Under the pieces are notes generated by a model that did not search any database, had not been told where the DNA came from, and saw only the letters and a list, made by a program, of their open reading frames with translations. Below, piece after piece: positions 41,898 to 50,330 of a stretch of 57,503 bases of DNA. The translations under genes were made by a program, and so were the position numbers. The DNA is from an uncultured Candidatus Saccharibacteria bacterium (GTDB taxonomy: Bacteria > Patescibacteriota > Doudnabacteria > UBA920). The stretch is from the NCBI GenBank assembly GCA_964520505.1, contig CAZFQP010000005.1:1-57503 (forward strand), in the 5' to 3' direction. Positions within the stretch are counted from its first letter, which is position 1. Each line of letters begins with the position of its first letter.

Positions 41898-43895
41898 ATG
41901 GCTACTCAAATTGAGCCTAAGGTAAGGAATTTTAAAAAATTCTTTCTTGTGGCTTTGGGGTTTGTGCTGTTATATATTTATTATTTTATTGGCGACAAAG
42001 AAGTCTTTAGAGCCGAGTTTTTAACCGCCGCGGCTAAAGTTCCAAGTATTCGCAATTACGGCGGCACTTCCGTGGCCGACACAATTAAATTTTTCTCCGC
42101 TTACGGAGTTTACATAGGCATTGGTTTGGGCGTGCTGGCCTGGCTGGTGTCTTTATTGTTATTGGGCGTGCTTAAACTTGTGCGCCTGGCAAAATATAAA
42201 CTGGCCGGCACTGTAGTTTTACTTGCGGTTTATGGCTCCTATTTTGCTTTGGCTTTTGAATTATTAAACTATGAAAAGAGGTATGCTGTTTGGGCTTTAG
42301 GAATAATATTATATGTAGGCAACCCACTCTATAGCGCGGCTTTGGCAATTTTGATTTTGATTGTTTTGATGTATATATTACAGTTCATAAGATCTTTATT
42401 TAAAAAGAAGGAGCTGCCCCCGCCAACTACCCCAAGCACGGGGGAAAAAGTTTTAGAACCGATTATGAATCCGAAAAAAGAAAGCGTTAATCCAACGCCA
42501 TCATCCACAGCAGTTAAAGCGCTTGGGCTTTGTGCCATTATGTTTGTGGCAGCCGGGTGTAACTTGCTTGGCGACAGTGAAGACGCCGGTTGTCCGTTTA
42601 TGCCAGATCCGGCGCATTGTTACCAGGGAGCGGCGGTTTCCGGCGGCAACCCGGACATTTGCGACAAAATCAAACAACCGGAAAAATTTAAAGGTATGGG
42701 CTCAAACCCGCCGCAAGACAAATGCTATTTAATGGTCGCGCAAAATACCGGTAATTTGGACGCCTGCGAAAAAATTAAAGGCGGGCTAATGTCTTACACC
42801 CGCGAGCAATGCGTGCTAGAAACTTCCGTAGAAACACAAAATCCCGAAGGATGTAGCAGGCTCAAAGGCGCGGACAAAGCCAAATGTGCGCAGTCACTGG
42901 GACCATTAATGACAGCAGACAAAGCCTTGGAGGTGGACAGCCAAATTGAACTGATTAACGATCAATTAAAAAAAGGCAGTGACCCGGACTTGGAAAAACA
43001 ACTAGCCGGACTTCAAACTAAACTGGACGCGATGCTGGGCATAATGAGCAAAGACAACAAAGCTCAGTTTGAATTGCAAAAAGACCCGATTAACAAAGAA
43101 ATTTTAGGCGAGTGGGCAACTGGAGGCTTTGACAGCGAAACAAAAAATAAACTAATCAGCCTGAACGAAAAACTTAAAATCCAAGGAACTGGACTTTCCA
43201 AGGAGCAATATACAGCCGTTCGTGACTATTATAAGTTTATTAACGATCCTGCTAACGACATAGAAAAAATGGACAACGCCCAAATAGTTAAGGATCGTTT
43301 TGGCGAAAAAGTCGGCAACCTGGTTGATAAAATGAAATTTTGGAACAGCAATGACACAGCACAAGAACAGGCCTTAGACCAACAGTTAAGATTCTACGAA
43401 AGGATGCTGGAGCGCCAGGCCGCTATTAATAAGGGCTTAAGTGAAAAGCAAATGAATTTTGAAAATACAGCCGACGCCATCGGTGAAAAAGTTAAAGACA
43501 AAGTTGTAGATAAAGCCAAAGAAAAAATTATTGAAGAATTGTTCGGCTCAGTGACGGAAAAAACCACCAACATAACTACGGCAGTAGTTGGTGAAGCCAT
43601 AGATACCGTAAAAAAAGAGGCTAAGTCGGCGGAATTTCGAGGTTTAGTAAAAGCATATAACGACGGAATGGCCGAGGAACTTTCCAAATTCGGCGGCAAT
43701 GTGGAAAAAGCGCATGCCGAAGTGGTTAAAAAAATTAATGCAGACCCGTATACATACGCCAGCGGCAACAGTTTTGCCAAATACGGCAATTTGGTAGAAA
43801 ACAAAAATTGCGATGGCACAAATCCGCATTGTATTGACCACAATGTCTTTTGGAAAGCTATGAAAAAGTCTTACAACTACCAACATCAGTCATAA
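41898..43895 (+). CDS. large hypothetical membrane protein (N-terminal TM block, Cys-rich and coiled-coil regions)
   Basis: 665-aa ORF with about 5 N-terminal hydrophobic segments, a Cys-rich middle and a Lys/Glu-rich helical C-terminal half. Confidence 0.65.
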   Translation: MATQIEPKVRNFKKFFLVALGFVLLYIYYFIGDKEVFRAEFLTAAAKVPSIRNYGGTSVADTIKFFSAYGVYIGIGLGVLAWLVSLLLLGVLKLVRLAKYKLAGTVVLLAVYGSYFALAFELLNYEKRYAVWALGIILYVGNPLYSAALAILILIVLMYILQFIRSLFKKKELPPPTTPSTGEKVLEPIMNPKKESVNPTPSSTAVKALGLCAIMFVAAGCNLLGDSEDAGCPFMPDPAHCYQGAAVSGGNPDICDKIKQPEKFKGMGSNPPQDKCYLMVAQNTGNLDACEKIKGGLMSYTREQCVLETSVETQNPEGCSRLKGADKAKCAQSLGPLMTADKALEVDSQIELINDQLKKGSDPDLEKQLAGLQTKLDAMLGIMSKDNKAQFELQKDPINKEILGEWATGGFDSETKNKLISLNEKLKIQGTGLSKEQYTAVRDYYKFINDPANDIEKMDNAQIVKDRFGEKVGNLVDKMKFWNSNDTAQEQALDQQLRFYERMLERQAAINKGLSEKQMNFENTADAIGEKVKDKVVDKAKEKIIEELFGSVTEKTTNITTAVVGEAIDTVKKEAKSAEFRGLVKAYNDGMAEELSKFGGNVEKAHAEVVKKINADPYTYASGNSFAKYGNLVENKNCDGTNPHCIDHNVFWKAMKKSYNYQHQS

Positions 43896-43898
43896 AAC

Positions 43899-43938
43899 AA
43901 AAAATCGGCTTCTTGCCTACTGCTCGAGCCGATTTTTT
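43899..43938 (+). terminator. rho-independent terminator
   Basis: AAAAAATCGGCT...AGCCGATTTTTT. Confidence 0.75.
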
Positions 43939-43972
43939 GATATACTAAATTTAGATAATTAATAATATCACC

Positions 43973-44599
43973 ATGAAAAAAATCTTAATCTTTACTGCGG
44001 TTCTGCTACTGGCGGCGAGCTGCGGGAAAAAAGTGTCGAACGAAAATAAGCAACCGACGCCGGAGCAAAGCCAAAAAACCTCCGGGCAACAAAGTTTTAA
44101 AGCCTTAGCTTCTGGCAAGCCACAAAAATGTGAAGTGACTTTTAACCAAGGCGGCAACGCCGAGACCAAAGGCTCAACCTTTGTGGGCAACGGCAAAATG
44201 CGCGGCGACTACACCAGCACTGTGGCCGGTAAAACCATTGTCTCGCATATGATTATGGTTGACCAAACAGTTTACACCTGGATGGATGGCCAAACTACCG
44301 GCTTTAAAATGAAAGCCGAGCAGGGGACAGCTAACCAAACTCAAGGCCAAACCGCGAAGCCGGTTGATTTGGAACAAAAAGTTGATTATGTTTGTGAGAA
44401 CTGGTCGGAAGACCCAAGCCAGTTTACCCCACCTGCGTCGGTCACCTTCAGCGATTTTAGCGCTCTTGTGCCAAAGGCAGATGGAGTAAAATCAATCCAG
44501 CCGTCAGGCGTCGGCGGACAGTCTGCAGCCTGTTCTGCTTGCGACCAAGCCCCGGCCGAGGCCAAAGCCCAGTGCAAAGCAGCTTTAGGCTGTAAATAA
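43973..44599 (+). CDS. putative lipoprotein
   Basis: Signal peptide MKKILIFTAVLLLAASCG with a lipobox-like Cys. Confidence 0.65.
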   Translation: MKKILIFTAVLLLAASCGKKVSNENKQPTPEQSQKTSGQQSFKALASGKPQKCEVTFNQGGNAETKGSTFVGNGKMRGDYTSTVAGKTIVSHMIMVDQTVYTWMDGQTTGFKMKAEQGTANQTQGQTAKPVDLEQKVDYVCENWSEDPSQFTPPASVTFSDFSALVPKADGVKSIQPSGVGGQSAACSACDQAPAEAKAQCKAALGCK

Positions 44600-44617
44600 T
44601 TAGTTAAAAACAATTTT

Positions 44618-45118
44618 ATGTTTAGAAAAATTCAAGACTTTATAAATATTTGGGATGAGGAAAGCAAATCAACCTTAAAAGTTTTGAATTCCGTTACGGA
44701 ACAAAACAAAAAACAAGCCGTAGCGGAAGGTTTTAGGACATTGGAACGCCTGGCTTGGCATATAACTACCACACTTCCTGAAATGTGCGGCAAAATTGGC
44801 GTTGAATTTAAAAGCCATTTAGACGAGAATACAGTCCCTGGCACAGTTGCGGAAATTGTTTCTGTTTACGAAAAAGTAAGCGACGAGCTGGTTGAAGGTT
44901 TAAAAAAATGGACAGATGCCGATTTGGAAAAAGAAACCAATATGTATGGCGAGCCTTGGAAGAACGGTACAACCCTAATGGTTCTTATTTCGCATCAAGC
45001 TCACCACCGCGGACAAATGACAGTTCTGCTTAGGCAGGCAGGACTAAAAGCTCCCGATGTTTGCGGGCCGGCAAAAGAAGATTGGGCAAATTTTGGCGCC
45101 CAGCCCCCAATAGTTTAA
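44618..45118 (+). CDS. DinB-family (four-helix bundle) protein
   Basis: RLAWHITTT...LISHQAHHRGQMTVLLRQAG has His-triad spacing typical of DinB/DinB_2. Confidence 0.8.
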   Translation: MFRKIQDFINIWDEESKSTLKVLNSVTEQNKKQAVAEGFRTLERLAWHITTTLPEMCGKIGVEFKSHLDENTVPGTVAEIVSVYEKVSDELVEGLKKWTDADLEKETNMYGEPWKNGTTLMVLISHQAHHRGQMTVLLRQAGLKAPDVCGPAKEDWANFGAQPPIV

Positions 45119-45160
45119 ATATCTTCATTAAACCAAAATAATTTAATAACTTTAAAAAAT

Positions 45161-45325
45161 ATGTCTATTGAAAAAATTCCTCCGGTTCCCGGACCGGAAC
45201 AACCAAACTTAGATCCCAAAAATAAACCAAAACCGGAAACAGGTAAACAAATAAAAAAACCTGATACCGAAAAAACATTTGAAGAAATTTTAAAAGAAGA
45301 ACAAGAACGACAAGAAAACCAATAA
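45161..45325 (+). CDS. possible 54-aa Pro/Lys/Glu-rich small protein
   Basis: MSIEKIPPVPGPEQPNLDPKNKPKPETGKQIKKPDTEKTFEEILKEEQERQENQ, followed by a strong palindromic terminator. The antisense 78-aa track ORF (45115-45351) looks like a shadow of it. Confidence 0.35.
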   Translation: MSIEKIPPVPGPEQPNLDPKNKPKPETGKQIKKPDTEKTFEEILKEEQERQENQ

Positions 45326-45338
45326 ACTTCAGTCATAA

Positions 45339-45384
45339 AACTTGTGTGCAAAATAGGACGATCGTCCTATTTTGCACACAAGTT
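45339..45384. terminator. 46-bp perfect palindrome (bidirectional terminator-like)
   Basis: AACTTGTGTGCAAAATAGGACGA|TCGTCCTATTTTGCACACAAGTT. Confidence 0.7.
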
Positions 45385-45460
45385 AAAATAGAATAAATTT
45401 AAGCGAAAGGGCGGAACCGATTGGGTCCCGCCCTTTATGGTTGAGTGATGTTTGCTAGGC

Positions 45461-45712
45461 TTACGGCCTGAAAGTGATGGGTATGAACCCCCGTGTGACA
45501 ATACTGTGAACGTAACTTAGAAAGACAGGCAGGCTAAGTTTTTTCCGTTCGCTCGCCAGGGCACATTCCCAAAGCAGCTCTCGCTGCCTAGGTGCTGCTT
45601 CACCTGGCGGAAATCCTGCCAGCTTTATCGCGGTACTGGCCAGTTCGGCCAGCTTGCCCTTTTGGTAGCAGGCATAATAAACGCTCGTCAAACCCTCTTC
45701 AATGTTTTCCAT
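45461..45712 (-). CDS. orphan 83-aa ORF in a GC-elevated patch (protein or structured RNA uncertain)
   Basis: It is the only long minus-strand ORF apart from trxA that is not antisense to a better gene. No Shine-Dalgarno sequence was seen. The hairpin AAAGGGCGG...CCGCCCTTT at 45406-45436 lies downstream on the minus strand. Confidence 0.3.
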   Translation of the reverse strand: MENIEEGLTSVYYACYQKGKLAELASTAIKLAGFPPGEAAPRQRELLWECALASERKKLSLPVFLSYVHSIVTRGFIPITFRP

Positions 45713-45784
45713 AAGCTAAATATAGAATATTTGGCCTGGTTTGGCAAAACCTGCAAAAAAAGCAATTATGTGGTAAAATAAATT

Positions 45785-46411
45785 ATGATTAAAGCGGTAA
45801 TTTTTGACATAGACGGGGTTTTGGTTGACTCATTTGAAGCAAACCATCAGTTTCTAAAAAACGTGACCAAGCTTCTAAAACTCAAGTTCGCGAGTAAAAA
45901 ATCTTATAAGGTAAATTTTGCCTTACCATTTAGAGAATTGCTTAAGAAAGAGAACGATATTGTCGACCATTCAAAGCTGGATAAATTAATTGAAAAAGCC
46001 AGAAAAAAAGTTAAATACCCATTCCACCTAATAAAAACTTTCGACGAATGTGAAGAAACCTTAAATAAATTAAATAAAAAATATAAACTGGCTTTAGTCA
46101 CCGGCAGAACGCTTAGCGGGTTAAAAGTTTACTACCAACATTCAAAAAATCGAAAACTTTTTAAGGCCGCTGTGACTCTCACAGATGTAAAAAATCACAA
46201 GCCCCATCCGGAATCCTTGTTGCAAGCCGCAAAAAAATTGAAAATAAAACCAAGCGAAGCAATATACATAGGGGACGCAAAAAGCGATATGTTGGCAGCT
46301 AAAGCTGCTGGCATGAAATCTATTATTTTTAACAAAAAGCCGGTTAAGGGTGCTTCCGCTAATATATCTCATTTTAAGCAATTAATCCCAACCATTAACA
46401 AACTTATTTAA
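45785..46411 (+). CDS. HAD-superfamily hydrolase (phosphatase)
   Basis: Motif I VIFDIDGVLVDS, motif II LVTGR, and KPHPE...IGDAKSDMLAAKAAG. Confidence 0.85.
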   Translation: MIKAVIFDIDGVLVDSFEANHQFLKNVTKLLKLKFASKKSYKVNFALPFRELLKKENDIVDHSKLDKLIEKARKKVKYPFHLIKTFDECEETLNKLNKKYKLALVTGRTLSGLKVYYQHSKNRKLFKAAVTLTDVKNHKPHPESLLQAAKKLKIKPSEAIYIGDAKSDMLAAKAAGMKSIIFNKKPVKGASANISHFKQLIPTINKLI

Positions 46412-46518
46412 TGTTTAAAAACCGAAAACTCATAAATAAAGTAATGACAGTTGTTATGCTTTTGGTAGTTATTAGTATGGTGGTGTCTCTATTTGCCGCA
46501 GCTTTCATTAAATACTAA
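46411..46518 (+). CDS. possible 35-aa single-TM micro-protein
   Basis: MFKNRKLINKVMTVVMLLVVISMVVSLFAAAFIKY. The start overlaps the HAD stop (TAATG), and the next gene starts 1 nt after its stop. Confidence 0.35.
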   Translation: MFKNRKLINKVMTVVMLLVVISMVVSLFAAAFIKY

Positions 46519-46519
46519 C

Positions 46520-47002
46520 ATGTTTAAATTCGAACTTGTTCAAAACGAAAAACTAATAGCCAGCTATCGCCAAAGTGAAGCAGCGCTTATAAAAACCGGC
46601 GTCATTACACCGCTGGCAATTTATATCCCGTGGTATTTTTTATTAAAGTATGAACTCGCGGCAAATTTTGTTACATGGTTATCACTTTGGACAGCTTTCG
46701 TTTTAATATATGCCCTAAACAGTTATTTGCTCTGGCTGCTTAATTGCTATTTGGTAACCAATAAACGGCTGGTAGTAATTCGTTACAAAAGCCTACTCAC
46801 CAAACAAGTTTTAGAAGCACCGTTAGAGCGAATATTAAATGTCAGTTATAGCAGCTCCGGGTTAATGGCTTCGCTATTTAATTTTGGTGACGTTCTGGTG
46901 CAAACGGCGGGCTTAGCCGAACCTCTACAACTAGCTAGGGTTTCCGAACCCGGAAAAATAAAAGATTTTATTTGGCAGATACATCAAAAAATCAATCACT
47001 AA
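46520..47002 (+). CDS. bacterial PH-domain (bPH_2/YdbS-like) membrane protein
   Basis: Two TM segments, then YLVTNKRLVVIRYKSLLTKQVLEAPLERILNVSY...FGDVLVQTAG. Confidence 0.7.
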   Translation: MFKFELVQNEKLIASYRQSEAALIKTGVITPLAIYIPWYFLLKYELAANFVTWLSLWTAFVLIYALNSYLLWLLNCYLVTNKRLVVIRYKSLLTKQVLEAPLERILNVSYSSSGLMASLFNFGDVLVQTAGLAEPLQLARVSEPGKIKDFIWQIHQKINH

Positions 47003-47004
47003 AT

Positions 47005-47376
47005 ATGCCGATACTTTCAAAACAAAACCTTACATCTAAGCTGGCAATCTTTTTACTTTTTATCCTGCTCGCATTTTTAGGCAACTTAAAATATCAACAG
47101 TGGAAAAATCAAAAGAAAATTGAAGCTGAAAAACAAAGCTTGCAAAAACAAGCCGACAGCTTAATGAAAAAAAATAACGAACTGTCAGAATCTCTGGAAT
47201 ACATTAATTCGCCAAATTTTAAAGAGCGTGTTGCCAGACAGCAGCTAAATTTAAAGAAAGAAGGGGAAACGGTGTACAGTTTTATTGAACTAAAAAACAC
47301 TAACGAAAATACGGAGCAGCAAAACAAAGGCGAAAGCAACGCCAGTAAATGGTGGAATTATTTTTTTGTTAACTAA
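47005..47376 (+). CDS. septum formation initiator (FtsB/DivIC-like)
   Basis: An N-terminal TM is followed by a coiled coil (KKIEAEKQSLQKQADSLMKKNNELSESLEYINSPNFKERVARQQLNLKKEGE). Confidence 0.7.
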   Translation: MPILSKQNLTSKLAIFLLFILLAFLGNLKYQQWKNQKKIEAEKQSLQKQADSLMKKNNELSESLEYINSPNFKERVARQQLNLKKEGETVYSFIELKNTNENTEQQNKGESNASKWWNYFFVN

Positions 47377-47387
47377 ACTATTAGGAA

Positions 47388-48251
47388 ATGAAAACAATTC
47401 GGAAAAATTTTAGTAAAATTTTAATCGGGACTCTCTTAACATTTATTTTACTGTTTGCCATTTGTTTATTTTGGCTCTATAACGGCAATCTGACGTTAAG
47501 CAAAGAAAAAATCTTTAAACTTTTACCTTTTCCTGCGGCTTATGTCGGCGGCCATACGCTTAGTGTAAAGGACTACTTATTTCGTAATACTTTAGCACAA
47601 AAGGTGTATAAAAATAATGGCAAGCCAACCCCTAATAATTTTCAAAAAACTATTCTGGAACGTTTAGTCGAAGAAGAAAAAGTTAGGTTAATTGCCGCCT
47701 CTCATGGCGTTTATGTTTCTCAAGCGGAAATTAACAAAAATTTTAACGAACGAGCCTCGCAAGGCAACTCTGAGGATTTTAAAAAAACGCTTGCTACTTA
47801 CGGATTTTCGGAAAATTATTTTAAAAATCAAGTTGTAGAATTTGATTTGCTACAAAATAATTTACAAGTCTGGTTTGTTAAACAAAAAAACCTTAACGCC
47901 GAAGCTTACGCTCAAATAGACCGCGTGGAGCAACGCTTAAGCAATGGTGAGGACTTCGGACAACTGGCCAGACAAATTAGCCAGGACAGCTCCAGCCGCG
48001 ACACGGCAGGGGATTTAGGGTTTGTAGATCCTGCACAATTAGTTACGGAAATGCGCGAGCCGGTGTTTGCGATGACACCTGGCGAAACCAAAGTGATCCC
48101 CTCCAGATACGGCCTAAGCTTAATTAAGTTACAAGAAAAAAATGGCAACCTATACCACCTCTACCAAATTTTTATTGCCTCAAGCGACTTTGATACTTGG
48201 TTAAACAAACAAACTCAAGCAATTAAAACTATTAATTTTATAAAAATTTAA
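47388..48251 (+). CDS. parvulin-type peptidyl-prolyl isomerase (PrsA/SurA-like)
   Basis: An N-terminal TM is followed by FGQLARQISQDSSSRDTAGDLGFV...GETKVIPSRYGLSLIKL. Confidence 0.8.
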   Translation: MKTIRKNFSKILIGTLLTFILLFAICLFWLYNGNLTLSKEKIFKLLPFPAAYVGGHTLSVKDYLFRNTLAQKVYKNNGKPTPNNFQKTILERLVEEEKVRLIAASHGVYVSQAEINKNFNERASQGNSEDFKKTLATYGFSENYFKNQVVEFDLLQNNLQVWFVKQKNLNAEAYAQIDRVEQRLSNGEDFGQLARQISQDSSSRDTAGDLGFVDPAQLVTEMREPVFAMTPGETKVIPSRYGLSLIKLQEKNGNLYHLYQIFIASSDFDTWLNKQTQAIKTINFIKI

Positions 48252-48260
48252 AACAAAAAT

Positions 48261-50330
48261 ATGAATGAAGAAATATCAGACTATATTGTTCAGGCACAAA
48301 AACATGGCCTGACCGAAATGGAAATTAAACAAAACTTGCTTGGCGCAGGCTGGGAAGCCGCCGCGGTGGAAGAAGCTTTTGTTTTTTCCCGAGCTTTGGA
48401 AACTAAAAATCAAACTCCCGGCAAGCCGGCTAATTCCGGCTACGTTAGCCAACCGCTAAGCCAAAATATTAAGCCGATTATTATGCCCGGGCAACAGCCC
48501 GCAGCTAGCCCTTTCCACCAAAACATTAATATTTCCGAACAACATTTTTCCTCAAACAGCAGTGCCCCAATTTTTAAAAAACCGACATTTTGGGCAGCTT
48601 TAATTTTAATATTATTCTTAGGAGCAGGCGCTTACGGATATTACCAATACGTTTATGCGTCTCCGGCAAAAATTTTAGAAAAATACTTTGCCGGACGCGG
48701 CACTGCCGAAACATTCAGCGCTTCATTTAGTTTAAGCTACACTGACAAAAATGCTCCTTTAGGCATGTCCGGAGATTCAGCAACGCAAGAACTAACCCTC
48801 GGTGTTTCAGGCGACGGCTTCTACGATAACAGTGACAAAAATACACCTAAAACAGAAGCAACAACCAAACTATTTACCAAGTCGGGGGGAAGCGAGTTTA
48901 GCGTTGAACTGCAAACAATGAATATTGGCAAAGTTATTTATTTTAACTTGGACAAAATTCCTCAAATTAAAAATTTATTGGACGACAAAAATATTTCGTG
49001 GCTTAAATTAGATTTGGATGAACTACAAAAGTACGCTTCAGAAAACTTTCCGGCCAGCATGGCCAGTTCAACGGAAAGCCTGGCTTCAAATGTTGAACTA
49101 AAAAATAAAATAGTAAAAATTTGGAAAGACTCTAAATTTTTTACCCCCGGAACCACAATGGCTAAGGAAGATATAAACGGAACTCCAACATACCGGTTAG
49201 AGCCGCAAATAGATTCTGCAAAAATTAATGAAGCGGTAATAAACTCCATTAATACAATTCAAAGCTACCAAAAGTCCGAGGATCCAAAGCTGACTGACGA
49301 ACAAAAAAGGGCCATATCATTACTCATTGAAAAATTTAAAGTCAAAGATCTCAAAATTTGGATAGGACAAAAAGACTATAAGTTATATAGAATGAATCTG
49401 GTATTAGCTGCTCCGTCTATTTCTGATTTTAGCTTAACTAACGGTGGAGACTATATTCCAGCCCTCAGTACTGCTAGGGCAAAAAGCCGAGACGCAAAAC
49501 GACTTGCAGATATTAGGCAAATGGCAAGTGCCTTAGAGCTGTATGCCAATGAAAACAACGGCGGATACCCGGAAGGTCAAAATGGCGTCCCAATCGATAT
49601 TTCCCCAAAATTTATCGGCGTAATGCCCACAGCCCCGACCCCTACTGACGGAAATTGTACTGACTACTTCAACACATATTGGTATACACCAACCGGAAAA
49701 GCAAATACAAAAAATGGTAAAACAACTTACCCGGATTATCAGCTAACTTTTTGTGTCGGCGATACAGTAAGTGGCTATTCTGCGGGAATAGGAAAATTGA
49801 CAAGAATGGGTATTGAAACTGGTATAGCTTGTCCCTCCAGCCAAGAAAATTGTGTAAAACTTCAAACTGGTATCGACGAGCAAGTTTCGGAAGAAATAAA
49901 TAAAATGACTTTCGGTGCGGAAATTTCTTACCAGACAAGCTTAAAAGATTACGGGAGCACAAGGGAGTTAAAGGAACCTGAGGGAGCGGTTGATATTATA
50001 GATTTAATCACCAAAACTTTAGGCCAAACACGAGCAAAGGCCGCGGATGCAAAAAGGTTGGCCGATATAAGACAGTTAGCCTCGGCTCAAGAATTATATT
50101 TTAATGACTTTAATTCCTACCCGGACAACCAAAACAAGCTTGTACCAAATTATATTGGGGCATTGCCGACCAGTCCAACTCCGGCCGAAGGCTCCTGCAC
50201 AGAACAGGATAACGCCTATACCTATAAATTTATCAATAAGGACAAATACGAATTAAGTTTTTGTCTTGGTGCTACTACCGGAGGCTACGCGGCCGGAAAA
50301 CATACACTGAGCCAAGCGGGAATACAATAA
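48261..50330 (+). CDS. membrane-anchored protein with two pilin-like (GspG/type IV pilin core) repeats
   Basis: TM PTFWAALILILFLGAGAYGYY. It has repeats RAKSRDAKRLADIRQMASALELYANENNGGYPEG... (from about 49474) and RAKAADAKRLADIRQLASAQELYFNDFNSYPDN... (from about 50031). Confidence 0.7.
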   Translation: MNEEISDYIVQAQKHGLTEMEIKQNLLGAGWEAAAVEEAFVFSRALETKNQTPGKPANSGYVSQPLSQNIKPIIMPGQQPAASPFHQNINISEQHFSSNSSAPIFKKPTFWAALILILFLGAGAYGYYQYVYASPAKILEKYFAGRGTAETFSASFSLSYTDKNAPLGMSGDSATQELTLGVSGDGFYDNSDKNTPKTEATTKLFTKSGGSEFSVELQTMNIGKVIYFNLDKIPQIKNLLDDKNISWLKLDLDELQKYASENFPASMASSTESLASNVELKNKIVKIWKDSKFFTPGTTMAKEDINGTPTYRLEPQIDSAKINEAVINSINTIQSYQKSEDPKLTDEQKRAISLLIEKFKVKDLKIWIGQKDYKLYRMNLVLAAPSISDFSLTNGGDYIPALSTARAKSRDAKRLADIRQMASALELYANENNGGYPEGQNGVPIDISPKFIGVMPTAPTPTDGNCTDYFNTYWYTPTGKANTKNGKTTYPDYQLTFCVGDTVSGYSAGIGKLTRMGIETGIACPSSQENCVKLQTGIDEQVSEEINKMTFGAEISYQTSLKDYGSTRELKEPEGAVDIIDLITKTLGQTRAKAADAKRLADIRQLASAQELYFNDFNSYPDNQNKLVPNYIGALPTSPTPAEGSCTEQDNAYTYKFINKDKYELSFCLGATTGGYAAGKHTLSQAGIQ

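Noticed and set aside
43394-43843. 149-aa and 80-aa minus-strand ORFs opposite the 665-aa hypothetical gene
   Set aside because: They are antisense to a much longer uninterrupted plus-strand ORF and have no independent signals.
45560-45625. Possible SRP (4.5S) RNA: the minus strand reads CGCCAGGUGAAGCAGCACCUAGGCAG, reminiscent of the CCAGGUCAGGUCCGGAAGGAAGCAGCCAAGGCAG core
   Set aside because: The GNRA-tetraloop hairpin and symmetric-loop arrangement of SRP helix 8 cannot be drawn. The similarity is limited to short GC-rich words. I kept it only as part of the GC-patch finding.
50261-50329. N-terminal extensions in the ORF track (for example 50261 for alr, and also 1657, 3686, 10004, 16237, 17419, 23282, 39945, 46493, 46972)
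   Set aside because: The extensions overlap the upstream gene or a repeat, or start at non-ATG codons. Internal ATGs give N-termini that match family expectations and tight stop/start coupling.
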